Sequence record: NC_105587.1
Origin: Escherichia phage EC100
Strand: one strand, 5' to 3'
DNA: 64,000 bases
Below are positions 34,751 to 45,232 of the stretch, one piece after another. How positions within the stretch are numbered: position 1 is the stretch's first letter; every line of letters begins with the position of its first letter. The notes below the pieces were generated by a model that searched no databases, had not been told where the DNA came from, and worked only from the letters and a program-made list of their open reading frames with translations. The position numbers and the translations under genes were made by a program.

Positions 34751-36478
34751 CTTAGCTTTCAATATATTTATTTCTTCTTGCAATTCTTCAACTTTATTAA
34801 TAAGCCACTTAACCGCAGCAACGGAATCAAGCAACATAACATTTTCATCGATGGCTAACGTTTTCTCTCTTCCTGGATCTCCGTATTCCCGTACATATTG
34901 GGGATCTATTTTCTGTAAATCCTGGGCTATAAAACCGCGCCTCACTTGTTCATTCTCATCATTTTTATAGATGTATGATTTATAGGGCATCTGCTTAATA
35001 TTACTTATTGCAATATTAGTATCGATGGACTGAATATTTTTCTTTAGTCTTTCATCACAAATCGGAGATTTTGAAAAAATATAATTTAACGAACCATCGT
35101 TGTACCCATATTGAATATCAAATGAATTATCAATAAATGTAAACACGGTAATACTCTTGCCATTACCTTGTTCACCATCTGGCAGTGCCCAATCCCTTAC
35201 TTGAGCAATTGCAGCTCTAGGATAACTATTGCTAGAATCAGGATAAGATATTTGTCCAAAACAAGCAAAAGATCTATAGTTTTTTAGTGAATTACCGCTA
35301 CCACCCCCAAGAATTGGAACGAAGGCACTATACGCTGTGTTATTCCACCAGTCTGGCGCGCGATAAGCGCAGTGACTATAGGAATTCCCTGTACCGACTC
35401 CGGCCGGCCTATGAGATGTTGAAAACTGACCATTACTGTCATACTTAATGCTTACAGGGATTCCTCTATCATCTGATATAGTTAAACTAACACCCCATGC
35501 ACCATTAACCACTTTACTTGATTTTAGTTCCGCTACTACATTTGCACTGGGTGATTTATACTCAGATTTAACACTACCTCCAAAAACGACAACACCTGAA
35601 TTGGGGGTTGTTTTATCCGCATTAATAACACTCCACGAGGTATTAGCAGCCACGAACCCACCAGAAGCACGGATTACCCACACACCGACAAAGTTTCGTG
35701 TAAGAATCTCATCTGTTGATGCCCCGTAAATCGGACTTGATATTGAGGCATTGAATTCGCAGGTATTATAACGCCCAGATAAAGCTGTAGACCCTGGAGC
35801 GATTCCGTCACCTCTTCCGTCAGGAAACGCATTATTGTTTGCATTAAAGCAACCACCTGTATGTCCTAATACCTGGGCATAGGTTTGAGAGGCATATGTG
35901 GTGAAAAAACCTGTAATATTAGGCGCAGCGGATTCGAACAGTTGCCCATTTGCACCACTATTCCCACCATCTCCACGGCCATAAAGAGCACGTATTGATC
36001 CCTCCTGCACCCCATTCTTATCTGGAACACGAAAGGTTGTTGTCCCATCCCCAGATGAGTATCTGCCACGCTGAAATTTATCTGCTAACCAAACTGAATC
36101 ATCTATAGCCCCAACCATTTGTGCATACGCCCAAAGTTCAGGCCAGTCAGCCCTATTAAGAAGCTGTCCATCCGAAACGACTTCGTATGGTTGAATATAC
36201 GCACGACTATCTCGGAGGTGAAAATCACCAACACCGTAGTTCATAACACCATTCATAGTGGGTCCAACTGTACCAGTGTTAATCTTATTCTCTACCCAAC
36301 GTTTAGTTGCGGCATCATAATCCCCAACAGGATCACCAGCAAGAGGGGTTGAACCAATAGGTCTTACATTTAGCCACGCTGCTGCACGGTCTGCTAAGTC
36401 ACTCAGGTTATTATTTTTATTAAGTGACTCATTTTTAAGTTTTGTAATATCCGTAGGAATTACTGTTTTAGTTACCAT
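34748..36478 (-). CDS. L-shaped tail fibre distal subunit with C-terminal intramolecular-chaperone (S74-like) domain
   Basis: 576 aa; C-terminal ...CDERLKKNIQSID...IAQDLQKIDPQYV resembles the autoproteolytic chaperone domain of tail fibres. Confidence 0.65.
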   Translation of the reverse strand: MVTKTVIPTDITKLKNESLNKNNNLSDLADRAAAWLNVRPIGSTPLAGDPVGDYDAATKRWVENKINTGTVGPTMNGVMNYGVGDFHLRDSRAYIQPYEVVSDGQLLNRADWPELWAYAQMVGAIDDSVWLADKFQRGRYSSGDGTTTFRVPDKNGVQEGSIRALYGRGDGGNSGANGQLFESAAPNITGFFTTYASQTYAQVLGHTGGCFNANNNAFPDGRGDGIAPGSTALSGRYNTCEFNASISSPIYGASTDEILTRNFVGVWVIRASGGFVAANTSWSVINADKTTPNSGVVVFGGSVKSEYKSPSANVVAELKSSKVVNGAWGVSLTISDDRGIPVSIKYDSNGQFSTSHRPAGVGTGNSYSHCAYRAPDWWNNTAYSAFVPILGGGSGNSLKNYRSFACFGQISYPDSSNSYPRAAIAQVRDWALPDGEQGNGKSITVFTFIDNSFDIQYGYNDGSLNYIFSKSPICDERLKKNIQSIDTNIAISNIKQMPYKSYIYKNDENEQVRRGFIAQDLQKIDPQYVREYGDPGREKTLAIDENVMLLDSVAAVKWLINKVEELQEEINILKAK

Positions 36479-36487
36479 TATAAAACC

Positions 36488-36766
36488 TTATGCCCATACT
36501 CTAAGAGGCTGTTCTAGCTGAACTATAAAAGGCTCGAAGTATTCGTAAGTAAAGGATTCATCAAGAATCCTTACATTAACATAGTATCCTTCATTACGGA
36601 CGTACATAGGCTCCTCATCATCTGGCGAGGAGATTTCAGTATAAGTATAGCCAATCTCGTCCAGGAGAAACATATCTCGTAACTCTTCATTTTCTTGCCA
36701 ACTTATTCCAACTAAGAAATTTTTATATTCATTCTTGTCTTTAAATTTTAGTGTTATGTCTTTCAT
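36488..36766 (-). CDS. hypothetical acidic protein between tail-fibre genes
   Basis: 92-aa ORF, 4-nt overlap with the upstream gene. Confidence 0.4.
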   Translation of the reverse strand: MKDITLKFKDKNEYKNFLVGISWQENEELRDMFLLDEIGYTYTEISSPDDEEPMYVRNEGYYVNVRILDESFTYEYFEPFIVQLEQPLRVWA

Positions 36767-39177
36767 ACAGACTCCCTCATTTGACGATCTGTTAATTCTT
36801 TATGCCAGATTCTAAAGTTTCTGACATGCCCGAAAAGATGTTTCCCACCATCTGCACTAATGCCGCCAATACGAAGATTTTTAGATAAACCAGCTTTCCA
36901 TGTTGTTTTTACAGGCGCACCGAACACAGCGTTTGTTACGCATCTTAATTCTGAGTTTTTGTTACAAACGAAACCTGTCACCATTTTCCCGCTTGTTTTT
37001 GTTGATACTGGCGTATATGACTGACTTACTCCCAACTGAGAATAAGGCAGCGGTTCTACTGTATCACTTGATGGAGCTCTGAAAGCAACTAATAACTGGT
37101 CTTCTGGTAAATTTGCTACATGTACTATCCTTGGGGCTGAGTTTGGAGGTATATCCCAGTTTCTGTTTACCTCAACAAGTAGACTTAATGGTATAGATGA
37201 TGGTTGATTGCAATCAGTTGGTATTAAAACCATGTCACTAGCGCGAGTTGCTGGCGCACCTCCTGTGATTATGAATGAAGAAGCGCACGATCCGGTCTCT
37301 ACTTGAGGTGTAGCTAAGTTAAGCGATGCACCTGTTTGTATAACACTTTCATTTTCAGGGCATACAATCTCAAAACGACAAACAGCAGATAGATCTGTAT
37401 CAAATCCGAATGTCGTTTCAAAGTACCACCAATCACCATCTTTTACCGATCTTGATGTGTATAAAGGACCAGAAGTTACCTTACCAGTATCAAGATCGAG
37501 AACTGAATCAGAATGAAAAATTGCTACACCATCAGTTACTTTTGCAAGCCTCATTCGAAGCCTAGAATTAGACCCTGCTTTAGCACGACATGACACTGTA
37601 ATATAATCACCCGTTGTTCCGCTAATAGCATTACCTATCACCATGCTCAAAATTTGATAGCCGGCAGCGTTTGGTGCTTCGTTTGTTACAGTTACACGCC
37701 CATAATTGAATCTACCATCGTTTGACTCCTCGATACCTATCGATGCTGTTTTATTCCATAATGCCGGTGAGTTGGAATTTAAGAAATAATTAGTTCTTTG
37801 CCCTTCAATAAGCAAACCATCTCGTTCAAATCGCGGTTCGTCAACTTCAGCAATGGTCAATATACCGGACTTATTAATATATGTCGCAGTTGATGCACGG
37901 GTAAAGCTAACAATCTTGTCGCTAGGCAGTGTTATTTCCTCATCACCGACTGTTATTTTTTTATAGCCTGGTGCAAAGCCGGTGATCATATCTAGAGAAT
38001 CGTTAAACGGTATCCATACATCTGGAAGAGGTTGAATGTCGGGGGTAGAATTAGCAGCAGCTTCTGATCTATCAGCCTCAGTTTTTGAACGGTCGGCTTC
38101 AGTTTTAGCAGTATTAGCACTATTGGCAGCATTAGTAGCTTGTTTTCCAGCTTCAGTAGCAGAATTTGCAGCATTAGTTGCAGAAGCAGCAGCTTGGTTT
38201 TTTAAAGTTGTTGTCTCAGATACCGCGCTATCCTTAATACCTTGTGTATCTATTTTTAATTGCTCAACATCTGCTTTTAAAGCTGTTGTCTCTGTTACAG
38301 CACTATTTTTAATGGCTTGGGTATCTGTTTTTAATTGCTCAACATCTGCTTTTAAAGCTGTTGTCTCTGTTACAGCACTATTTTTAATGGCTTGGGTATC
38401 AGATTTTAACTGTTCAACATCTGATTTAAGTCCTTGAATAGTAGTTACAGATTGACTGGCGGAAGTTGCAGATCCTGCAGCATTAGTTTCACTAGCCTTA
38501 GCTTTTGTTTCCGAGGTTTTTGCATTGGTTTCAGAGATTTTTGCCGCAGATGCCGATGCAGCAGCTTGCTCAGAGAATATTTCCGCCTCATTCCTAAAAC
38601 CGTTAGAAGCAGCAGCTGATTGAGCTGCATTAGTCTCACTGATTTTTGCTTTATCTTCACTAATTTTTGCAGCTGCAGTCGAAGCAGCAGCATTAGTTTC
38701 ACTAGCCTTAGCATTAGTCTCGGAGGCCTTAGCTTTGGTTTCACTAGACTTTGCATTAGTTTCTGATGTTTTTGCATTAGTCTCGGAGGTTTTAGCCTTA
38801 GTTTCACTAGCTTTCGCATTAGTCTCGGATACTTTAGCTGCTGCAGCTGATTCTGCAGATTTAGTAGCAGAAGTGGCAGACTGAGTAGCAGAAGTAGCTG
38901 ATTGGGTAGCCGATGCTTCAGAAGCTCCAGCGGAAATAGCAGCTTCCTGCTCCGAATTCTTAGCATTAAGTTCTGAGGTTTTAGCTGCTATTTCAGAATC
39001 TTTTGCAGCCGCAGCAGATTTAGCAGCGGCCTCTATAGAGGATACTAACTCATTAGCAGTAATAGAGCTAATAGAATTTCCAAGAGTTACTGTGTATCTA
39101 GGAAATTTACTAGCAGTAGCTTTAGTATCATCAATATTTAATATTTGTTGTACAATAATCTTAGTAGTTATTGCCAT
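36763..39177 (-). CDS. L-shaped tail fibre proximal subunit (pb1-like N-terminal part)
   Basis: 804 aa; long Ala/Ser/Thr-rich low-complexity region with SETNAK heptad repeats and three 25-aa tandem repeats. Confidence 0.65.
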   Translation of the reverse strand: MAITTKIIVQQILNIDDTKATASKFPRYTVTLGNSISSITANELVSSIEAAAKSAAAAKDSEIAAKTSELNAKNSEQEAAISAGASEASATQSATSATQSATSATKSAESAAAAKVSETNAKASETKAKTSETNAKTSETNAKSSETKAKASETNAKASETNAAASTAAAKISEDKAKISETNAAQSAAASNGFRNEAEIFSEQAAASASAAKISETNAKTSETKAKASETNAAGSATSASQSVTTIQGLKSDVEQLKSDTQAIKNSAVTETTALKADVEQLKTDTQAIKNSAVTETTALKADVEQLKIDTQGIKDSAVSETTTLKNQAAASATNAANSATEAGKQATNAANSANTAKTEADRSKTEADRSEAAANSTPDIQPLPDVWIPFNDSLDMITGFAPGYKKITVGDEEITLPSDKIVSFTRASTATYINKSGILTIAEVDEPRFERDGLLIEGQRTNYFLNSNSPALWNKTASIGIEESNDGRFNYGRVTVTNEAPNAAGYQILSMVIGNAISGTTGDYITVSCRAKAGSNSRLRMRLAKVTDGVAIFHSDSVLDLDTGKVTSGPLYTSRSVKDGDWWYFETTFGFDTDLSAVCRFEIVCPENESVIQTGASLNLATPQVETGSCASSFIITGGAPATRASDMVLIPTDCNQPSSIPLSLLVEVNRNWDIPPNSAPRIVHVANLPEDQLLVAFRAPSSDTVEPLPYSQLGVSQSYTPVSTKTSGKMVTGFVCNKNSELRCVTNAVFGAPVKTTWKAGLSKNLRIGGISADGGKHLFGHVRNFRIWHKELTDRQMRESV
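38206..38430 (-). repeat. three 75-bp in-frame tandem repeats inside the tail-fibre gene
   Basis: Near-identical 75-nt units encoding ALKADVEQLK(T/S/I)DTQAIKNSAVTETT. Confidence 0.8.
38680..38870 (-). repeat. 21-bp in-frame repeat array (SETNAK units) inside the tail-fibre gene
   Basis: Reiterated GCATTAGTCTCGGAGG / TTTGCATTAGTTTC units on the plus strand. Confidence 0.7.
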
Positions 39178-39599
39178 TATCTAGTTACCCCATCACTGAT
39201 AAATACTTTACCCTCCATTATACGAAAAGAGCTAATAGCTGATCCTATGACATCTCGTGTCATAATTATATCATAGTATCCTGCAAAACGTTGGCGAGGG
39301 TTATACTTATCTCTCTCTTTGGTAGCTTTTTCACCAATATTATCTACCGCCTCTACAGGTAAACTTATAGCTATGGCACCTTGAGCAGCATCAATAATTT
39401 TAGTAGTAAAAGATGCCAAAGTTTCCGCATTCTCATCAAGCCCGGCCTTTATAGTACCCCTTAGAGAATACCCCGTTAAGTTAACAGGGGTATTTGTAGG
39501 TGGATAAGTACTATCATCAACATCTAAGAATTGCATCATTAGACCATAAGGTACTTTCTCATCTATCACTAAGTCTATAACTCTATTTTCAGTACTCAT
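39177..39599 (-). CDS. tail collar protein (T5 p132-like)
   Basis: 140 aa, between pb4-like and tail-fibre genes; assignment by size and position. Confidence 0.45.
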   Translation of the reverse strand: MSTENRVIDLVIDEKVPYGLMMQFLDVDDSTYPPTNTPVNLTGYSLRGTIKAGLDENAETLASFTTKIIDAAQGAIAISLPVEAVDNIGEKATKERDKYNPRQRFAGYYDIIMTRDVIGSAISSFRIMEGKVFISDGVTR

Positions 39600-39605
39600 T
39601 ATTTA

Positions 39606-41678
39606 TTACCTTATATGGATATACCCACTATTTAGGTCTATCTTCATCTTGTAGTATGCCTCAGGATTCCCGGATAACGCAGCATTTCTATCATAAATGA
39701 TGTTAACACCGATCTGAGATAAGAAAGCATTTCCTGCTACAATTTTATCTGCCGTCACCGTCCCATTAACAATCATGTTTCCGTGGAGAACCATTGCAGG
39801 GCTAACCCAACCAGACCCATTCCATTGCCTTGTAAATGCTGATTGTGGAGCATTACTATTAAATTCGGTTAATACATCATATCTAACAGGAGGACTACCA
39901 AAGTTATTCTGGAAGAAGGCATTAGCCTGCCCATCATCCCAGCCCCCAAGACCAGGAATACCTAAGGAGTACATTCCAGGACCACGTTGTCCATCATGTC
40001 CTATAGTACCCTCAGTACCACTCCACTGAACTACATCAGACCAGCTAGTACCTTCAAGAAGTTTGTTAGTAACGGGATCAAGCGTACCTGTAGTGGCATA
40101 GATATTCTGTGTCATATCTGTACGGTTAGGTGGAGTTTTTGACCAACCAGGAGGCGGATAATCTTGTTCTAGTGGTTTAGCAGGTAGAGATGTTGCTAAC
40201 TTATAAACAAATACTGTTTGCTTACCTTGCATACCAGTACCCAGATCTACATCACCATTAGGAGTTCCAATAACTACTCCACTAGAAATACGTAGCACAT
40301 CACCATCATAACGAATCCACTGTGTGGCATTACCAATGTCTAATTTAGCTTTGGCAGAGGTATTATCCATACCCATCCAAATACCAGAGTTATTATCCCC
40401 CCAAGATTTACCTTGAGTGTAAATTGCTGGATTATCCTTACCAGATAAGTTAGTCATGATAAAGTTCGCAGCATTAATATCTCTAGTAATTACTTTACCA
40501 TCAACGTTAACAACACGGTTTATAGGGTCAAAAGAAATAGGTGCTTTTCCTTCTTCATCTAGCAGACCAATGTTAATAGCACCAGTAGCTGCGTCGATTA
40601 AGAATGTCTGTCTCCAGATTTCTCCATCTTTCATGCTGCCCTTAATAAAGGCATAATTAACATCAATACCCGTCTCATTGACAAAGCTGTTGTCTAGAGG
40701 AGTATCTTCATTAAGTATAAACGTTACAGGAGCTGATTCTGTTATATCTTGCTTATTTGGTCCCCAGGCAATTGATGATACCTTAAAAGTATGCTCAACT
40801 TTCCATGGGAATGATATAATCGTTGCAGCTCTAGCAGCCCCAACGTTTATCTTTTGAGCTTTAGCCCAGCCAGTCTTAGCGTATTCTTCAGAGTTTATAT
40901 AAGTAACCAGAAATTCACGGACATTAGCACCCGCACCACGTTCCCAGTCCCACTCTATTCTGACATCATATCGTTCCTTACCATCTGCAATTCGTGCAGC
41001 TTTAAAGGCAATGTTAGTAGGTGCAGTAGGTGGTACAAAATTATAAGCTACAGTGAAAACGCTAGGATATTCATAATAACCAGATGAGTCAACTGTAACA
41101 CCATCTGGCATCGTAACTTGACCAGATATTCTGATCTTATAGTCGCCAACAGGAACACCACCAAATTTGATAGTAGGTCCCAGCGCACCTATATAATACT
41201 TAACCCATTCACTATCTTCTGATGCAGTACTTTTTAATTCAATAGTGCAGTAACTAGCTTCACCAGTAGTATCTACAACAACTATTGGAGCACCAACACC
41301 TACGTCGACGGGTTCTGATTCAGATCTTGCTGCAACAATTATTGGCTTTTCCTTTGTTCTAAAGTTAGTTTCATTAGAGAGGTTGATACCAATTTTTGCA
41401 TTTAAAAGCTCTGAGTCAATAATTGAGTCATAGAAAGCCCCCTGAATCTCATAGGAGGTAGAGGGGGTTAGATTATTAATCATTACGAAGAAAGTATCTA
41501 TACCGGTGTAATCACGTCTATCTATACTTTCTCCTATTTTTAACCAAAAAGATCTACCAATAACATCATAATCAGTATAAATGGAGTGCTGGACATAAGC
41601 CAAAGTATATCCAGTCATTATACTATTTAAGACCATTTTGGCTGGTGCATTATTTGAAATCATTAAATGGATGCCCAC
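39606..41678 (-). CDS. baseplate / tail tip protein (T5 pb4-like)
   Basis: 690 aa, downstream of the hub gene; assignment by size and position. Confidence 0.5.
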   Translation of the reverse strand: MGIHLMISNNAPAKMVLNSIMTGYTLAYVQHSIYTDYDVIGRSFWLKIGESIDRRDYTGIDTFFVMINNLTPSTSYEIQGAFYDSIIDSELLNAKIGINLSNETNFRTKEKPIIVAARSESEPVDVGVGAPIVVVDTTGEASYCTIELKSTASEDSEWVKYYIGALGPTIKFGGVPVGDYKIRISGQVTMPDGVTVDSSGYYEYPSVFTVAYNFVPPTAPTNIAFKAARIADGKERYDVRIEWDWERGAGANVREFLVTYINSEEYAKTGWAKAQKINVGAARAATIISFPWKVEHTFKVSSIAWGPNKQDITESAPVTFILNEDTPLDNSFVNETGIDVNYAFIKGSMKDGEIWRQTFLIDAATGAINIGLLDEEGKAPISFDPINRVVNVDGKVITRDINAANFIMTNLSGKDNPAIYTQGKSWGDNNSGIWMGMDNTSAKAKLDIGNATQWIRYDGDVLRISSGVVIGTPNGDVDLGTGMQGKQTVFVYKLATSLPAKPLEQDYPPPGWSKTPPNRTDMTQNIYATTGTLDPVTNKLLEGTSWSDVVQWSGTEGTIGHDGQRGPGMYSLGIPGLGGWDDGQANAFFQNNFGSPPVRYDVLTEFNSNAPQSAFTRQWNGSGWVSPAMVLHGNMIVNGTVTADKIVAGNAFLSQIGVNIIYDRNAALSGNPEAYYKMKIDLNSGYIHIR

Positions 41679-44512
41679 TCCACAGACTGTTCTCCATCAT
41701 CCCCTTCAGCTCTAATACGAAAATACAATTTTCTATTTATACCTAGAGCACCGCTGTTCTGGAGAGCAAAATCTGCCTTATTATACGTTAATAAATAGTC
41801 ATAAGTATACTGATTTTCAATACGTACACTTCTTAACATCCTATTTTGTGAATCGTGTATTTCAAGGGTATAAAATATACTCTCTATTATATCTTCTTCA
41901 GGTATTCTATCCCAGGCTAGTTTCACATCTGGGCCAACAAACTCAGTTACATCTCCAGAAGCAGTATTAGTTACCCTAAAATTAGATACTACACTAAGAT
42001 TTTTAGCGGAGTTAAGTTCTATGGACAGAGTCACCGGAGAACTTCTTCTACCATTAATATCTACTGCCCTTATTTCAAATATTGCTAAACCTGCAGGCTC
42101 TCCAATTACCTCTTGGATCATGCGTTCATTGGGATTTGTTTCTAGTTGCTGCACAATATAAGGTTCAGCATGACCGGAATGCACAATAGAGTAGTAAACT
42201 ACATTATTGGTTAGACTCGGAAACCAGGATAACTCACCATTTTTACCTATAGAGCCTACTAAACCGCCAGGAGTAGGAGTATATTTAAAGTCTCTAGGAG
42301 GAAGGACATTGTTACTAATATCAGGAATATCATTACTGCTATTATCAACCTGCTCAGAGTTGATGAATACATCCTCTCCATACTCCTGTAAGGTAACATT
42401 TATCTTTCCTTCTCTAGAGTTTTCCACTTCGTCTACTAGGAAGTACTTTTTATCCCATCCGTAACGATCGTAAGTAAAGGCGATAGCATCATTGGGTTCA
42501 ATCCCTATGAACTGGTATGGTAATGAGAAAGAAAGTGTTCTTGAGTATCTGGATTTCTTAAGTTCTCTGTCTGCAAAACTTCTAGCAGTATAGTAGTTAG
42601 TTATATTTGCAAAAGATAATTGTAATTTTTTATCTAAATTTTTATCTTGCTCTTTATATTTAGAATTATAGAATGTGATGGCATTCGTTTTCCAGCTTAA
42701 TGCAGGATCTACAATAGATGCCTGCACTGAGTTGAATTTATTTCTACCAGTAGTATCTGATAGCTCCAAATCACCGTAAGTATCTAGAAAATTAATCTCT
42801 AATGGAGTATTAGAGTATTTTTCTACAGTAACTCTATACTGGCCAGATAAGTTGTTAATAGCCCCGCCATAGGACTCTAACAAACCTTGCACATTTTTAA
42901 ATACTGATTCAGATGTATCTAGAATAGTATTCATTTGTACTATTTGTCTATTTTCTGCTACTGGGTCAGTCCACCCAACGTATCTCCAGTATGGCTGCCA
43001 AGATACTTGGTATGATTCATCTATAATATCTAGGATAGCAGCTTCTTGTATTAATTGCTGAAGAGGGAACTGATCAATAGTAATGTTTGCGCCATACCTA
43101 TCTGAAGTTAAGTAGTCAAGCGTTTGCCAGATACCATTTAAACTAGTACTATTAGCCGTTACTCTACCATCAGAATGATAGATTTTTATCTTCTTACCCT
43201 GAATTTCAGCACTAACTTCTGGAATCTCAGTTCTATTTTCATTAATAGTAAAGCGCACTACCGCATATGCAGTATCCAATAGCTTATACCTAGCATCCCA
43301 GTATTCAGGTCCATTGCCATTCATATTTTGAAGATAGAACCCTCGTTCTTTCGCTATGTTTACTAATACTTCAGAAGCCGTTTGATTAGATTTCCCATGA
43401 TAAGTCCAAATTCTTATATCACCATTACCATCGTTGTATTTATACTCCTGTCCATGTACGGAAGGGCTACTAGAAGATGTTCCTGATGCTATTCTCTGCA
43501 TGGTATCTCCGGCTACTTTTTTAACACCGAAACAGGTTCTAGCAGAGCTATCATTAGAGTCCATACAAATCATAGGATTATCACCAAAGGAAAAATCAAG
43601 AAAACCGTCTATCTCTCCCTCAGCAAAAGCATATACTACGTAAACTATATTAGGATTGTGTAGTTCTGTATCCGCAAAAACAGGTATTCCAGGTATTTTC
43701 TGTACACCATAAACTACTGGTATATACTTAGCAGCAAGGTTAAAATCTATATCTACTTCTTTAGTAACAGTCTCATAGTATTTTTTAAGACTATAGCTTC
43801 TAGATAAACCAAATAGTTTTTTCTTAGACTTTAGTTTATATCTTTCTTCCTGTACCTGATACTTTGCTAGAATAGAGATACTTTTATTGGCATGAAAGAA
43901 TCCATAGTCTTCTTGATATTCAGGTCTTTTAGCACCGTTAGATGGAACTAATTGTCCTGCTACAACTTCAAGTCCTCTATGAGAAGCATCATCAGTATAT
44001 CTACCATTAACTCTATCGAAGTCATAGAACTGATTAGAACAATTCCAAGTAATTGTAGAGGTTCCAACTCCAGAAGTACTAACGTTGTCCTTAATACCTC
44101 CCCCAGTAATTCTCCCCCTAAAATATAGTAGAGGACCATTTGTATCTGGGTCTACAGGTAAAATGGAGCCATCCTCCATAATAATTGCTTGGTGAATTGA
44201 TACTATTCTATCTAAAAAGGACACACCATTCTGCACTAATTTCAGTACTTCATCCTGCGCTGTACCCGTAATAGTAAAAGATAGACTGCCAATAGATAAA
44301 TCTCTATTTTGTTTATGTGTGCTAATGGACTTAACCTTACCGGCCTGGTACAAAATACCATTATATAGTACATCTCTAAAATAATCAGTTAAATAAATAA
44401 AAGCAGTACTAGTACCAGTAGAGCCAGGTAATTCTAGGGAAATTAGACTAGCAGTTTTTATTCTGCTATTATTTTTTAAGTAGTTTCTAGCACTATCTAG
44501 TATTTTCTTCAT
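41663..44512 (-). CDS. baseplate hub protein (T5 pb3-like)
   Basis: 949 aa, follows the distal tail protein gene; assignment by size and position. Confidence 0.6.
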   Translation of the reverse strand: MKKILDSARNYLKNNSRIKTASLISLELPGSTGTSTAFIYLTDYFRDVLYNGILYQAGKVKSISTHKQNRDLSIGSLSFTITGTAQDEVLKLVQNGVSFLDRIVSIHQAIIMEDGSILPVDPDTNGPLLYFRGRITGGGIKDNVSTSGVGTSTITWNCSNQFYDFDRVNGRYTDDASHRGLEVVAGQLVPSNGAKRPEYQEDYGFFHANKSISILAKYQVQEERYKLKSKKKLFGLSRSYSLKKYYETVTKEVDIDFNLAAKYIPVVYGVQKIPGIPVFADTELHNPNIVYVVYAFAEGEIDGFLDFSFGDNPMICMDSNDSSARTCFGVKKVAGDTMQRIASGTSSSSPSVHGQEYKYNDGNGDIRIWTYHGKSNQTASEVLVNIAKERGFYLQNMNGNGPEYWDARYKLLDTAYAVVRFTINENRTEIPEVSAEIQGKKIKIYHSDGRVTANSTSLNGIWQTLDYLTSDRYGANITIDQFPLQQLIQEAAILDIIDESYQVSWQPYWRYVGWTDPVAENRQIVQMNTILDTSESVFKNVQGLLESYGGAINNLSGQYRVTVEKYSNTPLEINFLDTYGDLELSDTTGRNKFNSVQASIVDPALSWKTNAITFYNSKYKEQDKNLDKKLQLSFANITNYYTARSFADRELKKSRYSRTLSFSLPYQFIGIEPNDAIAFTYDRYGWDKKYFLVDEVENSREGKINVTLQEYGEDVFINSEQVDNSSNDIPDISNNVLPPRDFKYTPTPGGLVGSIGKNGELSWFPSLTNNVVYYSIVHSGHAEPYIVQQLETNPNERMIQEVIGEPAGLAIFEIRAVDINGRRSSPVTLSIELNSAKNLSVVSNFRVTNTASGDVTEFVGPDVKLAWDRIPEEDIIESIFYTLEIHDSQNRMLRSVRIENQYTYDYLLTYNKADFALQNSGALGINRKLYFRIRAEGDDGEQSVEWASI

Positions 44513-45123
44513 AAACTTTCCCGTAAATTTAATGAGATGCCGGAATATGTTCCGTTATTATTTAATGTAGATCCGAAAGCATCACCATTCATGAGTTTTG
44601 TTCTAAATAGTATTCCGTTAAACACTGGTTTCTCAGCCCCAGTAGTAGTTATAAATAAATCAGGGTATAAGTTTATAGACCACGTATTGCCTGATTTATT
44701 GAATGATGTTATTTTATATACTTTTGGATGGTTAGATAGCTTAAATAGATCCCCCGGTTTTGGAGTACCGATAAGAAGTCCTTTTGTATCCATAGTTATA
44801 TTAGAACCCTTCTGTCCAGCAGGTATACTTACTAGACTAGTATTACCTCTAACTCTAAAAGCTTCGTATTGTGGTAATATAACATCTATATAACCACCAG
44901 TCCTTTTGTATTCTAGAATAAAAGCATCTAGAACACTATATTCATCTGGAAATAATTCTGGGTAAGAAATATTTATACCCCAGTATTGAGCGGATACCTT
45001 AACTTCGTTAACTTTACCATTTGGTAACTCATCACGAATTACTGGGTCATTATCAATCAGGTTAACACTTTCGAATCCTAAGCCTGAAAGTTCCGGATTC
45101 GTGTATGGGTCTGGTAATCTCAT
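44509..45123 (-). CDS. distal tail protein (T5 pb9-like)
   Basis: 204 aa, directly downstream of the tape measure gene. Confidence 0.6.
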   Translation of the reverse strand: MRLPDPYTNPELSGLGFESVNLIDNDPVIRDELPNGKVNEVKVSAQYWGINISYPELFPDEYSVLDAFILEYKRTGGYIDVILPQYEAFRVRGNTSLVSIPAGQKGSNITMDTKGLLIGTPKPGDLFKLSNHPKVYKITSFNKSGNTWSINLYPDLFITTTGAEKPVFNGILFRTKLMNGDAFGSTLNNNGTYSGISLNLRESL

Positions 45124-45194
45124 AGTTAATTTCTCCTCTTTAATAACAATATTATAATAGTATTAGAAAATTTTATCAAGAAATTTTTATTTTT

Positions 45195-45225
45195 CCATAA
45201 AGAAAAGGAGGACTCAAAGTCCTCC
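45195..45225 (-). terminator. rho-independent terminator after the tape measure gene
   Basis: GGAGGAC / GTCCTCC hairpin followed by UUUUCUUUAUGG on the minus strand. Confidence 0.6.
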
Positions 45226-45232
45226 TCCAGTT

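Noticed and set aside
38206-38870. Possible CRISPR-like array suggested by regular direct repeats
   Set aside because: The repeats are in-frame coding repeats of the tail-fibre gene (75-bp and 21-bp units) with no unique spacers or leader; no CRISPR array is present in the window.
38036-38966. Plus- and minus-strand ORFs (133 and 173 aa) inside the tail-fibre repeat region
   Set aside because: Alternative-frame artefacts created by the tandem repeats; the low-complexity Leu-rich or Ala-rich translations are not credible proteins.
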